A stretch of DNA of 64,000 nucleotides from Candidatus Poseidoniaceae archaeon (GCA_028353405.1 JAOMOG010000004.1:8722-72721), one strand, 5' to 3'. Shown: positions 28,342 through 36,115, counted from the first letter of the stretch. Program-made: numbers and translations. Notes: generated from the sequence alone by a model not told the origin.

Positions 28342-28564
28342 TTTGCCCATCTCCATTTTGAGATTCAGGGTCAGTTTCATCCGGTTGACATTTATCAGAA
28401 CTACAACCGATCATTGACCATTCACCCTCATCAAAACAAATACAACCACAACCGCAAGTGCACATCCATCCGACACCATCCCATCCTTTGCCGCCTTCTG
28501 CCCGTGTGTAGAGGCGTTTCATCTTGCAATCACAAGCACATAGGTTAGCCTTCACTCTCGCCAT
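28328..28564 (-). CDS. Small cysteine-rich protein (12 Cys in 78 aa), candidate metal-binding protein, first ORF of the cop cluster
   Basis: MARVKANLCACDCKMK...WMCTCGCGCICFDEGEW...GCSSDKCQPDE...NDCC. A TATA-like TTTATTAA is centred about 26 nt upstream of the ATG. The 3' end overlaps the copA start. Confidence 0.4.
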   Translation of the reverse strand: MARVKANLCACDCKMKRLYTRAEGGKGWDGVGWMCTCGCGCICFDEGEWSMIGCSSDKCQPDETDPESQNGDGQNDCC

Positions 28565-28573
28565 GGCTTTAGG

Positions 28574-28615
28574 TTATTGTAGTCATTAATAAATGTGCGT
28601 TATTGACTACAATAA
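28574..28615. promoter_or_regulatory. 12-bp perfect inverted repeat (TTATTGTAGTCA N18 TGACTACAATAA) bracketing a TATA-like box upstream of the cop cluster
   Basis: Arms are at 28574-28585 and 28604-28615. On the minus strand, TTTATTAA lies in the spacer and the proximal arm lies between the TATA box and the ATG at 28564. It is also 18 nt downstream of the rnr stop. Confidence 0.35.
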
Positions 28616-28632
28616 TTATTATTGTATTAACT

Positions 28633-31059
28633 TCAGCGATTTGGGGCTAAGTCAAGAGAGCCAGACCAAATGTCAAGACCGCGTAATCGGCAAGGGAATT
28701 TCTGTCCTAATTTGACGATTGCATTCTGCTGTCCTCGCTCATCAGGTTCTGCTGGAACAACTTCTAGTCCGTGTTCATCTATTACCGTCCTAATCTTGCC
28801 AGATATTTGTCTTAGGTGCATGCGCCCTTGAACAGAACCATCATCTGCTAGATCCAAGAAAATCCAAGGTGTTCGTAGCCCCACAATTCTCGCTGGCCAA
28901 GATTTACCTTCTAGTGGAGTGGCAACATCGGTCAATTGTTCATCGCCAATACCTCCTCCTCTCAACAGATGTAGATGATATGCATTGGCAACAAGTTCCC
29001 ATTCCAGCCGTTTTGCTTTGTATCCCCGATCACTACAATGACTTGCTAAATCGGCAGTTTCCTCAAACGAATGAGCCCAGTCATTTCCACGTAAGTATGC
29101 CTTTAACTGCCGGTGAGCCATCAAATCCGGATATCTTCTAATCGGTGAAGTAAAATGAACATAAGCATCTAAATTAAGGCCGAAATGACCAATGTTTGCT
29201 TCACTATAGTTTGCTCTTTGCATCAACTGAAATAAACCCTGGTCCACGACTCTTCTAATCACATCGTCTAATTCACTCGCCTCTTTTTGAGCATCTGCGA
29301 GAGAATCCAAAATATCGTTCCTTGCTTCAGGATTCAGCACATCTTGTAAATATTCATCAACATCACTTTCACTATCTTCATCGCTAATCAAATTAGACAA
29401 ATCTATTCCTCCACCAGAATTATCAGCCCATGCACCTAGAAGGTTTGTCAAATGTTCAGCAGAGGATTCACCTTGTTTTCTACTACTGGGTAAAGGAAGA
29501 CGAATACTGACTCCTAGTTCCTCTAATTTAGCATTTAATCCTTCAATTTCAGGGGTGTCGGGTGGTGCGTGGCACCTCCAAGGAAGTGGAGCGCCTGCCG
29601 CCCCTAACAAGTGGCCTATGGCTGAGTTTGTTGCAACCATTAGAGATTCTATCATCCGAGTAGCATCATTTGGCCACTTGACTTCAACAGTGATTTGGTC
29701 ATCAATAATTCGAGGACGTAATTCGGCATTAGAGATATTTAGTCGCAATTCCTTCTCCTGCCATTTCTTTGCTAGAGTAAACATTTCAGAGAATTGCGGG
29801 TTATCTAATGCATCTTCATATGCCATGTTTTGTTTTACCTCAATAACCGCCTCGTAAGCAGAAACATCTGCTATTTCACCCGCATCATCAAGTTTCATTG
29901 CAACAGCCATCGCGTATCGAGGTATCTTTTCTCGTAATGAGCAAAGGTCATCGGCTAGGCGAGGGGGTAGCATTGGTAGAACGGTATGAGGCAAATAGAC
30001 TGAGGTGGCACGAGCTCTTGCAGCAGCATCAAGACTTGTATTAGGAGTGACATAATGGGCAACATCGGCGATTGCAACCCACAGTGTTTGTATTCCATTT
30101 TCTTCAACCAAGCATACTGCATCATCGAAATCTTTTGCATCATGCGGATCGATAGTTACGAACGGTAGATGTCGTAAATCGGTTCTGCCTTCCTTCAATG
30201 CGGACTCTGCATCAACCTCTTTCAATAATTCTGCTTTTGCGCAAAGTGATTGGTCATACTCTCTTGGAAATGGATTTGCATTAGCCCTTCTTCTAGCCAA
30301 TAAGCGAGAGTCTAGGAGTTGTTCTGCATTCCAATGGTTTGCTGAAATTAATAATAAGGCCATTGCCGGTTCAGCTTCTTGAAAACGCATCCCGCCTCTT
30401 CTTTTTGCAATAAAACGACTTTCTTTGAGCAATGAAAATACACCCCATGACATGATTGTCTCTCCAGGCATTAAAGAGAATTCTTTAGGATAATCTTGAC
30501 CCATTAAATCGGCGAGCCAAACACTTTCTAGCAAAGAATATCGTTGAGCATCTTCCTCACTAACATAACTTAATTGTGCACTTTTATCATTTGTTTGTAA
30601 TTCTTCACCGACTCTAAGAGGGGGTCTTCCCCAAAGAGATGTACCGCCTTTTTGTGCATGTCTAGAAGAGAATGCTTTCCAGTCTGCTACCGCAGACTCA
30701 ATTATTTCAACATACGCAGGCTTAACCAATCTGACCATTTTATCTTCTAGTGATGTGAATCGTTCATTCTTTTTACGACCAATTGCAAGTGCCTCATCTA
30801 ATCCACTGCGAAATGTTTTCTCGGCCTTACTATCGATTGAAAAGCGATGCATCAAGTTTTCACCTTCGATGAGGAGGTCAGCAATTTGCTGATTAGTCCA
30901 TGATTTCTCCCATAATTCCTCATCATCAGCAAATTGCTGAGACAATCGACGCCACAATTTCTCATCTTCGGGTATCTGAGGACCTTTTTTGTTTTGATGC
31001 TTACCAGCGCTATTTGAATTTGGACCGCGTCCTCTACCGCCGCCACGCCCTCTCGCCAT
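28633..31059 (-). CDS. rnr: Ribonuclease R / RNase II-family 3'-5' exoribonuclease
   Basis: 808 aa. RNB-domain motifs: IDPHDAKDFDDAV, HFGL, YVHFTSPIRRYPDLMAHRQL. It has a C-terminal S1-like region and an N-terminal MARGRGGGRGRGPN tail. Confidence 0.85.
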   Translation of the reverse strand: MARGRGGGRGRGPNSNSAGKHQNKKGPQIPEDEKLWRRLSQQFADDEELWEKSWTNQQIADLLIEGENLMHRFSIDSKAEKTFRSGLDEALAIGRKKNERFTSLEDKMVRLVKPAYVEIIESAVADWKAFSSRHAQKGGTSLWGRPPLRVGEELQTNDKSAQLSYVSEEDAQRYSLLESVWLADLMGQDYPKEFSLMPGETIMSWGVFSLLKESRFIAKRRGGMRFQEAEPAMALLLISANHWNAEQLLDSRLLARRRANANPFPREYDQSLCAKAELLKEVDAESALKEGRTDLRHLPFVTIDPHDAKDFDDAVCLVEENGIQTLWVAIADVAHYVTPNTSLDAAARARATSVYLPHTVLPMLPPRLADDLCSLREKIPRYAMAVAMKLDDAGEIADVSAYEAVIEVKQNMAYEDALDNPQFSEMFTLAKKWQEKELRLNISNAELRPRIIDDQITVEVKWPNDATRMIESLMVATNSAIGHLLGAAGAPLPWRCHAPPDTPEIEGLNAKLEELGVSIRLPLPSSRKQGESSAEHLTNLLGAWADNSGGGIDLSNLISDEDSESDVDEYLQDVLNPEARNDILDSLADAQKEASELDDVIRRVVDQGLFQLMQRANYSEANIGHFGLNLDAYVHFTSPIRRYPDLMAHRQLKAYLRGNDWAHSFEETADLASHCSDRGYKAKRLEWELVANAYHLHLLRGGGIGDEQLTDVATPLEGKSWPARIVGLRTPWIFLDLADDGSVQGRMHLRQISGKIRTVIDEHGLEVVPAEPDERGQQNAIVKLGQKFPCRLRGLDIWSGSLDLAPNR

Positions 31060-31108
31060 ATGGTTACGTCAAGGTAACAGGTGATGAAGTATCGTCTACC
31101 TAATTGTA

Positions 31109-32038
31109 TTACAATCCACTTTTTTGTAATGCTTTCAGAGCCTTGAGTTGCGCAGCGGTCAACTGTTCGTTTTCTTGTAAAACAAATTCAAGATCCAAAT
31201 CACCGCCGTCGAACCCTGCACCAACCATTCTTCTACGGTCACCAATTTGGGTATTAGCAGCAACACTTAGATTCCCAGATTTTCCAGAAGGTAGTTTGAC
31301 TTTGATTTTACCGCCCAAAACCAATGTTGAATATGGAGTTGAAACCTCTTGTACCAATACGCCATCTTCCCAATAGGTGCCTTCTCCAGCATCTATTCTA
31401 ATGATGACCAATACATCTCCAGTATCTCCTTGTGGGTGGTCATGACCTTGTCCTTTTAGACGTTTAATTTGACCATGTTTTGCATCAGCAGCAATAGTAA
31501 TTTTTAGTGTGATATTCTTGGTTTCCATTTCGTTACCATTCTTTCTGAATCGTTTGAAAGTAAATGGAAATTTACCACCATTTTTCGCCTCATCCATTGT
31601 GATGTCAATTCCAACATTGATATCAGCGCCCTTTGGTAATTGCTGATGAGATGCGGGATTCCGTTGCCTAGCACCACCGCCAGGCATTCCTCCTCCTCCG
31701 AACATTTGGCCAAAGGCATCGTCCATTCCTCTGCCACCGCCGCCGAAATTGAATTGAGACCCTCCAAACGGATTGCCCCCTCTTCCGCCGAATGGATTTC
31801 CTCCACCGCCGAACATATTCGACATCTGTTGCTTTTGGTCATAGTCTCTGCGTGAATCTGCAGTTCCAATTGTATCATATGCTGCTTGAACTTCTTTGAA
31901 TTTTGTTTCAGCAGCAGCATCATCAGGATTGCGATCTGGGTGGAACTGACGGGCTTTTTTGCGGAATGAACGCTTGATTTCAGCGTCGCTGGCACCCTTG
32001 TTAACGCCTAATACGGAATAGGGGTCGCGTTCTGCCAT
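31109..32038 (-). CDS. DnaJ-family co-chaperone without a zinc-finger domain (CbpA-like)
   Basis: The J domain is DPYSVLGVNKGASDAEIKRSFRKKARQFHPDRNPDD. It is followed by a G/F-rich linker (GGGGNPFGGRGGNPFGG) and DnaJ C-terminal beta domains. No CxxCxGxG repeats are present. Confidence 0.8.
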   Translation of the reverse strand: MAERDPYSVLGVNKGASDAEIKRSFRKKARQFHPDRNPDDAAAETKFKEVQAAYDTIGTADSRRDYDQKQQMSNMFGGGGNPFGGRGGNPFGGSQFNFGGGGRGMDDAFGQMFGGGGMPGGGARQRNPASHQQLPKGADINVGIDITMDEAKNGGKFPFTFKRFRKNGNEMETKNITLKITIAADAKHGQIKRLKGQGHDHPQGDTGDVLVIIRIDAGEGTYWEDGVLVQEVSTPYSTLVLGGKIKVKLPSGKSGNLSVAANTQIGDRRRMVGAGFDGGDLDLEFVLQENEQLTAAQLKALKALQKSGL

Positions 32039-32206
32039 ATCGGTCCTGTCACTGTAGCCCCCTCATCAATGCTCGGGTTTTTTCAGCAACATTTCTCAAC
32101 ACCAATATTGGGTTTTTGGTTGAAACTATTTATCATGTAGGCAAGTTTTACCTATCAAAGCGGTTATATTAGGTGGGCAGTTGGGCAGGATATCCGAGGT
32201 TATACC

Positions 32207-32479
32207 ATGTCTAACGAAAACTCCGAAACTCAATCATTTGAGGACAAAGTTCAAGACAAGCAAGATTGGATTGAATCGCAATTCCGTAAGGTCTCTAGAG
32301 GCTCATGGGCTCGTATTATACGAATGGCAAGAAAGCCGACTCCTCAAGAGTTTAAGCAGACTGTCATCATTTGCGGAATCGGATTATTCGTCTTAGGAGC
32401 TATTGGATTCGCAATGCTTGTATTGATGGATAATTTCATACCATACTTAATCCATGATGTTTTCAACATCGGTAACTGA
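32207..32479 (+). CDS. secE: Preprotein translocase subunit SecE (Sec61 gamma)
   Basis: 90 aa. ...RMARKPTPQEFKQTVIICGIGLFVLGAIGFAMLVLM. The position immediately upstream of spt5 matches the conserved archaeal order. Confidence 0.7.
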   Translation: MSNENSETQSFEDKVQDKQDWIESQFRKVSRGSWARIIRMARKPTPQEFKQTVIICGIGLFVLGAIGFAMLVLMDNFIPYLIHDVFNIGN

Positions 32480-32492
32480 AAAAGGTGATTAT

Positions 32493-33410
32493 ATGACTGA
32501 CGCATTCGTAGTATTTGTTAGATTTGAAGAAAAGCTTCTCCTCCTTAAGAGAGGAGAGTCAGATGGAGATTTCCCTGGACTTTGGGACGGAGTATGGGGA
32601 GTCGCAGACACCCCAGAAGAAGTCATTCAACGTGTTTCAGACTCAACAGGAATTCCGGTTGAGAGTTTACATTATGACTGCACTGGTCCAGAGCGAGGTA
32701 TCGACATGGGCCGAAGTTTGGTCGATGTAATGCCAATTCTTGTTATTTCTAATACAGATGAGATCGAAGTCAAAGGGCGCTATACTGAAGGTCGCTGGGT
32801 TGACCCGGGTCAATTGCAAGAATACCGTTGTATTTTCTCAGACATTGATATGGAAAACGCAGATGGACTATTCAAGGAAATGTATGGTTCAGTCGGTTCT
32901 TTCCTTTTCATTGTTAAAACCGCAATCGGTGCAGAGAAAAGAGTTGCAGACGAAATGTATGCACGCTTGCACGGCAGTGGTTCTCTAACCACTCTACAAA
33001 ATGACATAATGTCAATTCTTCATCCACCAGCCATGCGTGGATATGTTTTCGTTGAATCAAGTGCATTGCACCATGTTGAGAAATTGATTGGCCGTTCAGG
33101 TGGAAGAGATCCTAAGGCTCGTCGTGGTCTAAATCAAACTCCGCTAAAGAATGCAAAGACAGTACTTCCTGGTGAAGCACCATTGCAAGATATCCTACCA
33201 TACCTAGAACCGAAGGCAGTGACCTCTGGAATTGAAGTAGGCTGTATCGTTGAAATTGTTACAGGCGCATTCAAGGGTGAGAAGGCTCGTGTAATCAGTG
33301 TTGCAGAAATGAAGGAAGAAGTTAGTATGGAGTTGTACGAACAACCTATTCCAATGACTTTGAACATGCGTGGCGACCACGTCCGTGTAATCGAAAGAGT
33401 TGACGATTGA
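32493..33410 (+). CDS. spt5: Transcription elongation factor Spt5 (NusG) with an N-terminal Nudix-like extension
   Basis: The NGN domain runs FLFIVKTAIGAEKRVADEMYARL...GYVFVES. The KOW domain is GCIVEIVTGAFKGEKARVISV. They are preceded by about 135 aa resembling a Nudix fold (EEKLLLLKRGESDGDFPGLWDGVWGVADTPEEVIQRVSDSTGI). The ATG at 32493 has AAGGTGA upstream. Confidence 0.8.
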   Translation: MTDAFVVFVRFEEKLLLLKRGESDGDFPGLWDGVWGVADTPEEVIQRVSDSTGIPVESLHYDCTGPERGIDMGRSLVDVMPILVISNTDEIEVKGRYTEGRWVDPGQLQEYRCIFSDIDMENADGLFKEMYGSVGSFLFIVKTAIGAEKRVADEMYARLHGSGSLTTLQNDIMSILHPPAMRGYVFVESSALHHVEKLIGRSGGRDPKARRGLNQTPLKNAKTVLPGEAPLQDILPYLEPKAVTSGIEVGCIVEIVTGAFKGEKARVISVAEMKEEVSMELYEQPIPMTLNMRGDHVRVIERVDD

Positions 33411-33542
33411 AGCCCCATTTGGCATCTATTAGTTGACTATTCACCGCTTCAAAGCCAATTCTCCTTGTGACCACTCATTATTTCAGCCGCGGCGCGGTTA
33501 AATAGGGGAGTTTAGTCGGCGAAATACCCACGTCTGTGAGTA

Positions 33543-33839
33543 ATGGAGTTGACACATATGCCGAAACCTTGGACATCAAAGCTGATAATCAAAGCTCTTG
33601 GAGTTAAGAAGTGTAACGGAAGTCTTGACGCTGCTACTGAAAGTCTCTCTCTTGAGAAAGCAATGGAAGTTGCAAAAGAGAAGGCAGACTTAGGCCATCT
33701 AACTGGTGCTGATCTAAAAGCACAAACCAGAGAGATAATTGGAACATGCGTATCTATGCGTGTAAAGATTGATGGTCACTGGGCAAATGAAGCGCTACAG
33801 ATCATTAGCAATGGAGAATGGGACGAGCGATTTAACTGA
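33543..33839 (+). CDS. rpl11: 50S ribosomal protein L11, C-terminal (rRNA-binding) domain only
   Basis: MPKPWTSKLIIKALGVKKCNGS...LSLEKAMEVAKEKADL...DLKAQTREIIGTCVSMRVKIDG aligns with L11 from the TPPxSxLIKKAxG linker onward. The 132 nt upstream are full of stops in all frames. An alternative start is the ATG at 33558. Confidence 0.75.
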   Translation: MELTHMPKPWTSKLIIKALGVKKCNGSLDAATESLSLEKAMEVAKEKADLGHLTGADLKAQTREIIGTCVSMRVKIDGHWANEALQIISNGEWDERFN

Positions 33840-33895
33840 ATTACGAACCGCGGGAGAGGCATTAATTTGCTTCGCTGACCGCAGAGGTGATTATT

Positions 33896-34540
33896 ATGGA
33901 AAACAAAATAAACCAAGCAATCAAAGACGCATTAAGTAATGCACCTAAGCGTAATTTTGTCGAATCCGTGGATATTACATTCACAATCAAGGATGTTGAC
34001 TTGAAGAACCCTACTAACCGTATCAAGGAAGAGATTCGTCTTCCATCTGGTCGCGGACGAGAATTAAAAATCGCAATGTTCGCTGCAAGCGAAGCCGCAA
34101 CTAAGGCTAAGGCTGCAGGACTTACTGTAATCACTCCACAAGAGATTGAGGATTTGGGCGGTAACAAGGGTAAAGCAAAGAAAGTTGCTAACTCTTACGA
34201 TTACTTCCTTTCCGAAGTCCCTCACATGGGACTTATCGGTAGATACCTCGGTGTGGTTCTAGGTCCTCGAGGCAAAATGCCACGTCCAGTTCCTCCAACA
34301 TTAGATCCAGGCATTATCGCTACAGGTCTAATGTCAACCGTCGTCGTCAAGTCTGGTGACAAAACTACTTTCCATGCAGCAATTGGAACTGTAAACCAAA
34401 GCGAAGAGGAACTATACGCTAATGCTATGGCAGTTTACAACCGTGTAACCTCAAAGTTAGAGCGCGGAATTGGAAACATCCGTTCACTTTACATCAAGAC
34501 CACAATGGGTCCGGCACAACAAATCGAGGTGGTTAATTGA
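33896..34540 (+). CDS. rpl1: 50S ribosomal protein L1
   Basis: MENKINQAIKDALSNAPKRNFVESVDITFTIKDVDLKNP...; conserved operon position; GAGGTGA 5 nt upstream of the ATG at 33896. Confidence 0.9.
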   Translation: MENKINQAIKDALSNAPKRNFVESVDITFTIKDVDLKNPTNRIKEEIRLPSGRGRELKIAMFAASEAATKAKAAGLTVITPQEIEDLGGNKGKAKKVANSYDYFLSEVPHMGLIGRYLGVVLGPRGKMPRPVPPTLDPGIIATGLMSTVVVKSGDKTTFHAAIGTVNQSEEELYANAMAVYNRVTSKLERGIGNIRSLYIKTTMGPAQQIEVVN

Positions 34541-35559
34541 TTCCTAAGGTAGTTTCCTGGAAGAAAGATGCGGTTGTAGATTTAGTCAACCTTCTTGAAA
34601 GTGGTGACACAATTGCAGTTATTGATATCCACGGAGTTCCAGCAGATTCCATGATTGGAATGCGCTCTTCACTTCGTGAAAACTTAGCAATTCGCGTTGC
34701 TAAGAAGCGTTTGATGCGCCTTGCTTGGGAACGTGCAGGTCTAAAGGCAGAGAATCTAGAACAATTATTCGATGGTGCAGTACAACCTGCACTAGTATCA
34801 TCAAGTAAATTGAATTCATTTGAGGTATTCACAGCATTGAAAGCAACTCAAGCTGGCCGTGCTGCTAAGCCTGGCGACCGTGCTCCTCACGACATTGTAG
34901 TTGAGAAGATGGATACTGGAATGCCCCCTGGTCCAATCGTTGGTGACTTGAACTCTGTAGGAATTCCTGCTAAGATCATGAAGGGCTCCGTACAAATCCA
35001 AAAGAGAACAGTTATTCTCAAAGAAGGAGAAGAATTCGAAGGAGACCTCGGTCTGATGTTGTCTAAGTTAGGCATCAACCCAATCATAGCAGGTCTACGT
35101 TTGTGTGGTACACTAGAGGGTGGAACTGTTTTCGCCCCTAGCACATTAGATATCAATTTCGAAGAATTTGAAAGTGATTTAATTTCTTATGCAGCAGGGG
35201 CATTCAATCTTGCTTGCAACATTACTTGGTTTACTAACCAAACAATGCCAACAATCCTTGCAAAGGCGAGCCGCGAGGCTCTTGCTGTTGCATTGGAAGC
35301 GGCTGTCGCTACTGCTGACACCATGCCGCATCTTGTCGGAAGAGCACACCGCGGCGCTATGGCTGTCGCAAGCTCTCTTGACAGTGACGCTCTCGACGAC
35401 GAACTGGCGGTTATGCTAGGCGCTGCGGCTAACGCTGCTGCATCTGCATCCGTTGCTGTTGCTGAGAGTGATTCATCAGTCCCTACCGAGGCAGATGAAG
35501 AAGAAGACGAGGAAGAAGAGGAAGCCGGTTTCGGCGGTCTTGGAGACCTATTCGGTTGA
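34537..35559 (+). CDS. rplP0: 50S ribosomal stalk protein L10 (P0)
   Basis: 340 aa. The TTG start overlaps the L1 stop (TTGA). N-terminal L10 domain, Ala-rich hinge, C-terminal EEEDEEEEEAGFGGLGDLFG. Confidence 0.9.
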   Translation: MIPKVVSWKKDAVVDLVNLLESGDTIAVIDIHGVPADSMIGMRSSLRENLAIRVAKKRLMRLAWERAGLKAENLEQLFDGAVQPALVSSSKLNSFEVFTALKATQAGRAAKPGDRAPHDIVVEKMDTGMPPGPIVGDLNSVGIPAKIMKGSVQIQKRTVILKEGEEFEGDLGLMLSKLGINPIIAGLRLCGTLEGGTVFAPSTLDINFEEFESDLISYAAGAFNLACNITWFTNQTMPTILAKASREALAVALEAAVATADTMPHLVGRAHRGAMAVASSLDSDALDDELAVMLGAAANAAASASVAVAESDSSVPTEADEEEDEEEEEAGFGGLGDLFG

Positions 35560-35582
35560 ACGAAATATTGAGGTGAAAAATA

Positions 35583-35882
35583 ATGGAATACGTATACGCT
35601 GCTATGCTACTGCACGCTGCTGGAAATGAAATAACTGAAAAAGCTGTCACTGCCACTTTGGCTGGTGCTGGTGTAGATGTAGACGCTGCTCGCGTGAAGG
35701 CACTTTGTGCTTCTCTCGCTGGTGTCGACATCGCTGATGCTATGACCCAAGCTGTCGCTGCACCTGCCGCTGCTGCTCCTGCAGCAGCTGCTTCGTCCTC
35801 TGACGCCCCTGCGGAAGCAGAGGAAGAAGAAGAAGAGGATGAAGAAGCTGGTTTCGACGGTCTTGGTTCCCTATTCGGTTGA
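35583..35882 (+). CDS. rpl12: 50S ribosomal stalk protein P1 (archaeal L12)
   Basis: [22 protein letters not shown]..., Ala-rich hinge, C-terminal [20 protein letters not shown]. Confidence 0.9.
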   Translation: MEYVYAAMLLHAAGNEITEKAVTATLAGAGVDVDAARVKALCASLAGVDIADAMTQAVAAPAAAAPAAAASSSDAPAEAEEEEEEDEEAGFDGLGSLFG

Positions 35883-35899
35883 ATTGGACTCCGAGCGCC

Positions 35900-36115
35900 G
35901 CCGAGCGTTCTCGCTTGACCAGTAAATGGTCTAGTGAGTGATTGCACGGTAAACGCCTCCGGTCCAGACTCAACTGAATACCTCGCCTTTGGGCGTGGAT
36001 CAAACAGTCTACCGTGCATTCGAGTTACACCTATTGCTGCGGCAATAGGTATCCCAAATCTGGGATTTCGCCCTCTCATTATCTGAGGATTTTGAGAGGG
36101 CTAAAATTTTCTTTT
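35900..36115 (+). other. GC-rich, hairpin-dense non-coding region (long structured 3' UTR or unclassified small RNA) ending in a hairpin plus T-rich tract
   Basis: Hairpins lie at 35903-35916, 35917-35931, 35984-35995, 36029-36050 (9 bp), 36051-36066 (6 bp) and 36071-36100 (8 bp CCCTCTCA/TGAGAGGG). A long-range helix pairs 35944-35950 with 36011-36017 and 35966-35970 with 36006-36010. ATTTTCTTTT lies at 36105-36115. Confidence 0.3.

Noticed and set aside
25641-28615. tRNA-Leu-adjacent copZ-copA cluster as an integrated genomic island
   Set aside because: There is no integrase or recombinase. I noticed no direct repeat of the tRNA 3' half further along, and no obvious compositional break. Adjacency alone is insufficient.
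31504-31995. 163-aa minus-strand ORF in an alternative frame of the DnaJ-like gene
   Set aside because: The J domain (HPD), G/F linker and C-terminal domains read continuously in the 31109-32038 frame. The alternative frame has no recognisable features.
35480-35882. Near-duplicate sequence encoding EEE...EEAGF(G/D)GLG(D/S)LFG at the ends of two adjacent genes; considered as a recent duplication or repeat element
   Set aside because: This is the known conserved C-terminal factor-binding peptide shared by archaeal P0 and P1 stalk proteins. It is expected biology, not a novel repeat.
35483-36079. 198-aa minus-strand ORF (Ala/Ser/Pro-rich) covering the end of P0, all of P1 and part of the downstream spacer
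   Set aside because: It is the antisense shadow of the GC- and Ala-rich stalk protein genes. Its composition is low-complexity, and the plus-strand genes are unambiguous (P0/P1 with the canonical acidic tails).
35900-36115. Tested the idea that the structured spacer is SRP (7S) RNA, RNase P RNA, 5S rRNA or a C/D-box sRNA
   Set aside because: On either strand I found no GGAA-closed helix-8-like AGGxCxGGAAGGxAGCA motif, no RNase P GGAAAGUCC-type conserved region, no 5S CCGAAC...GGAAGUUAAGC motif, and no properly spaced RUGAUGA/CUGA boxes. It is kept only as an unclassified structured region.
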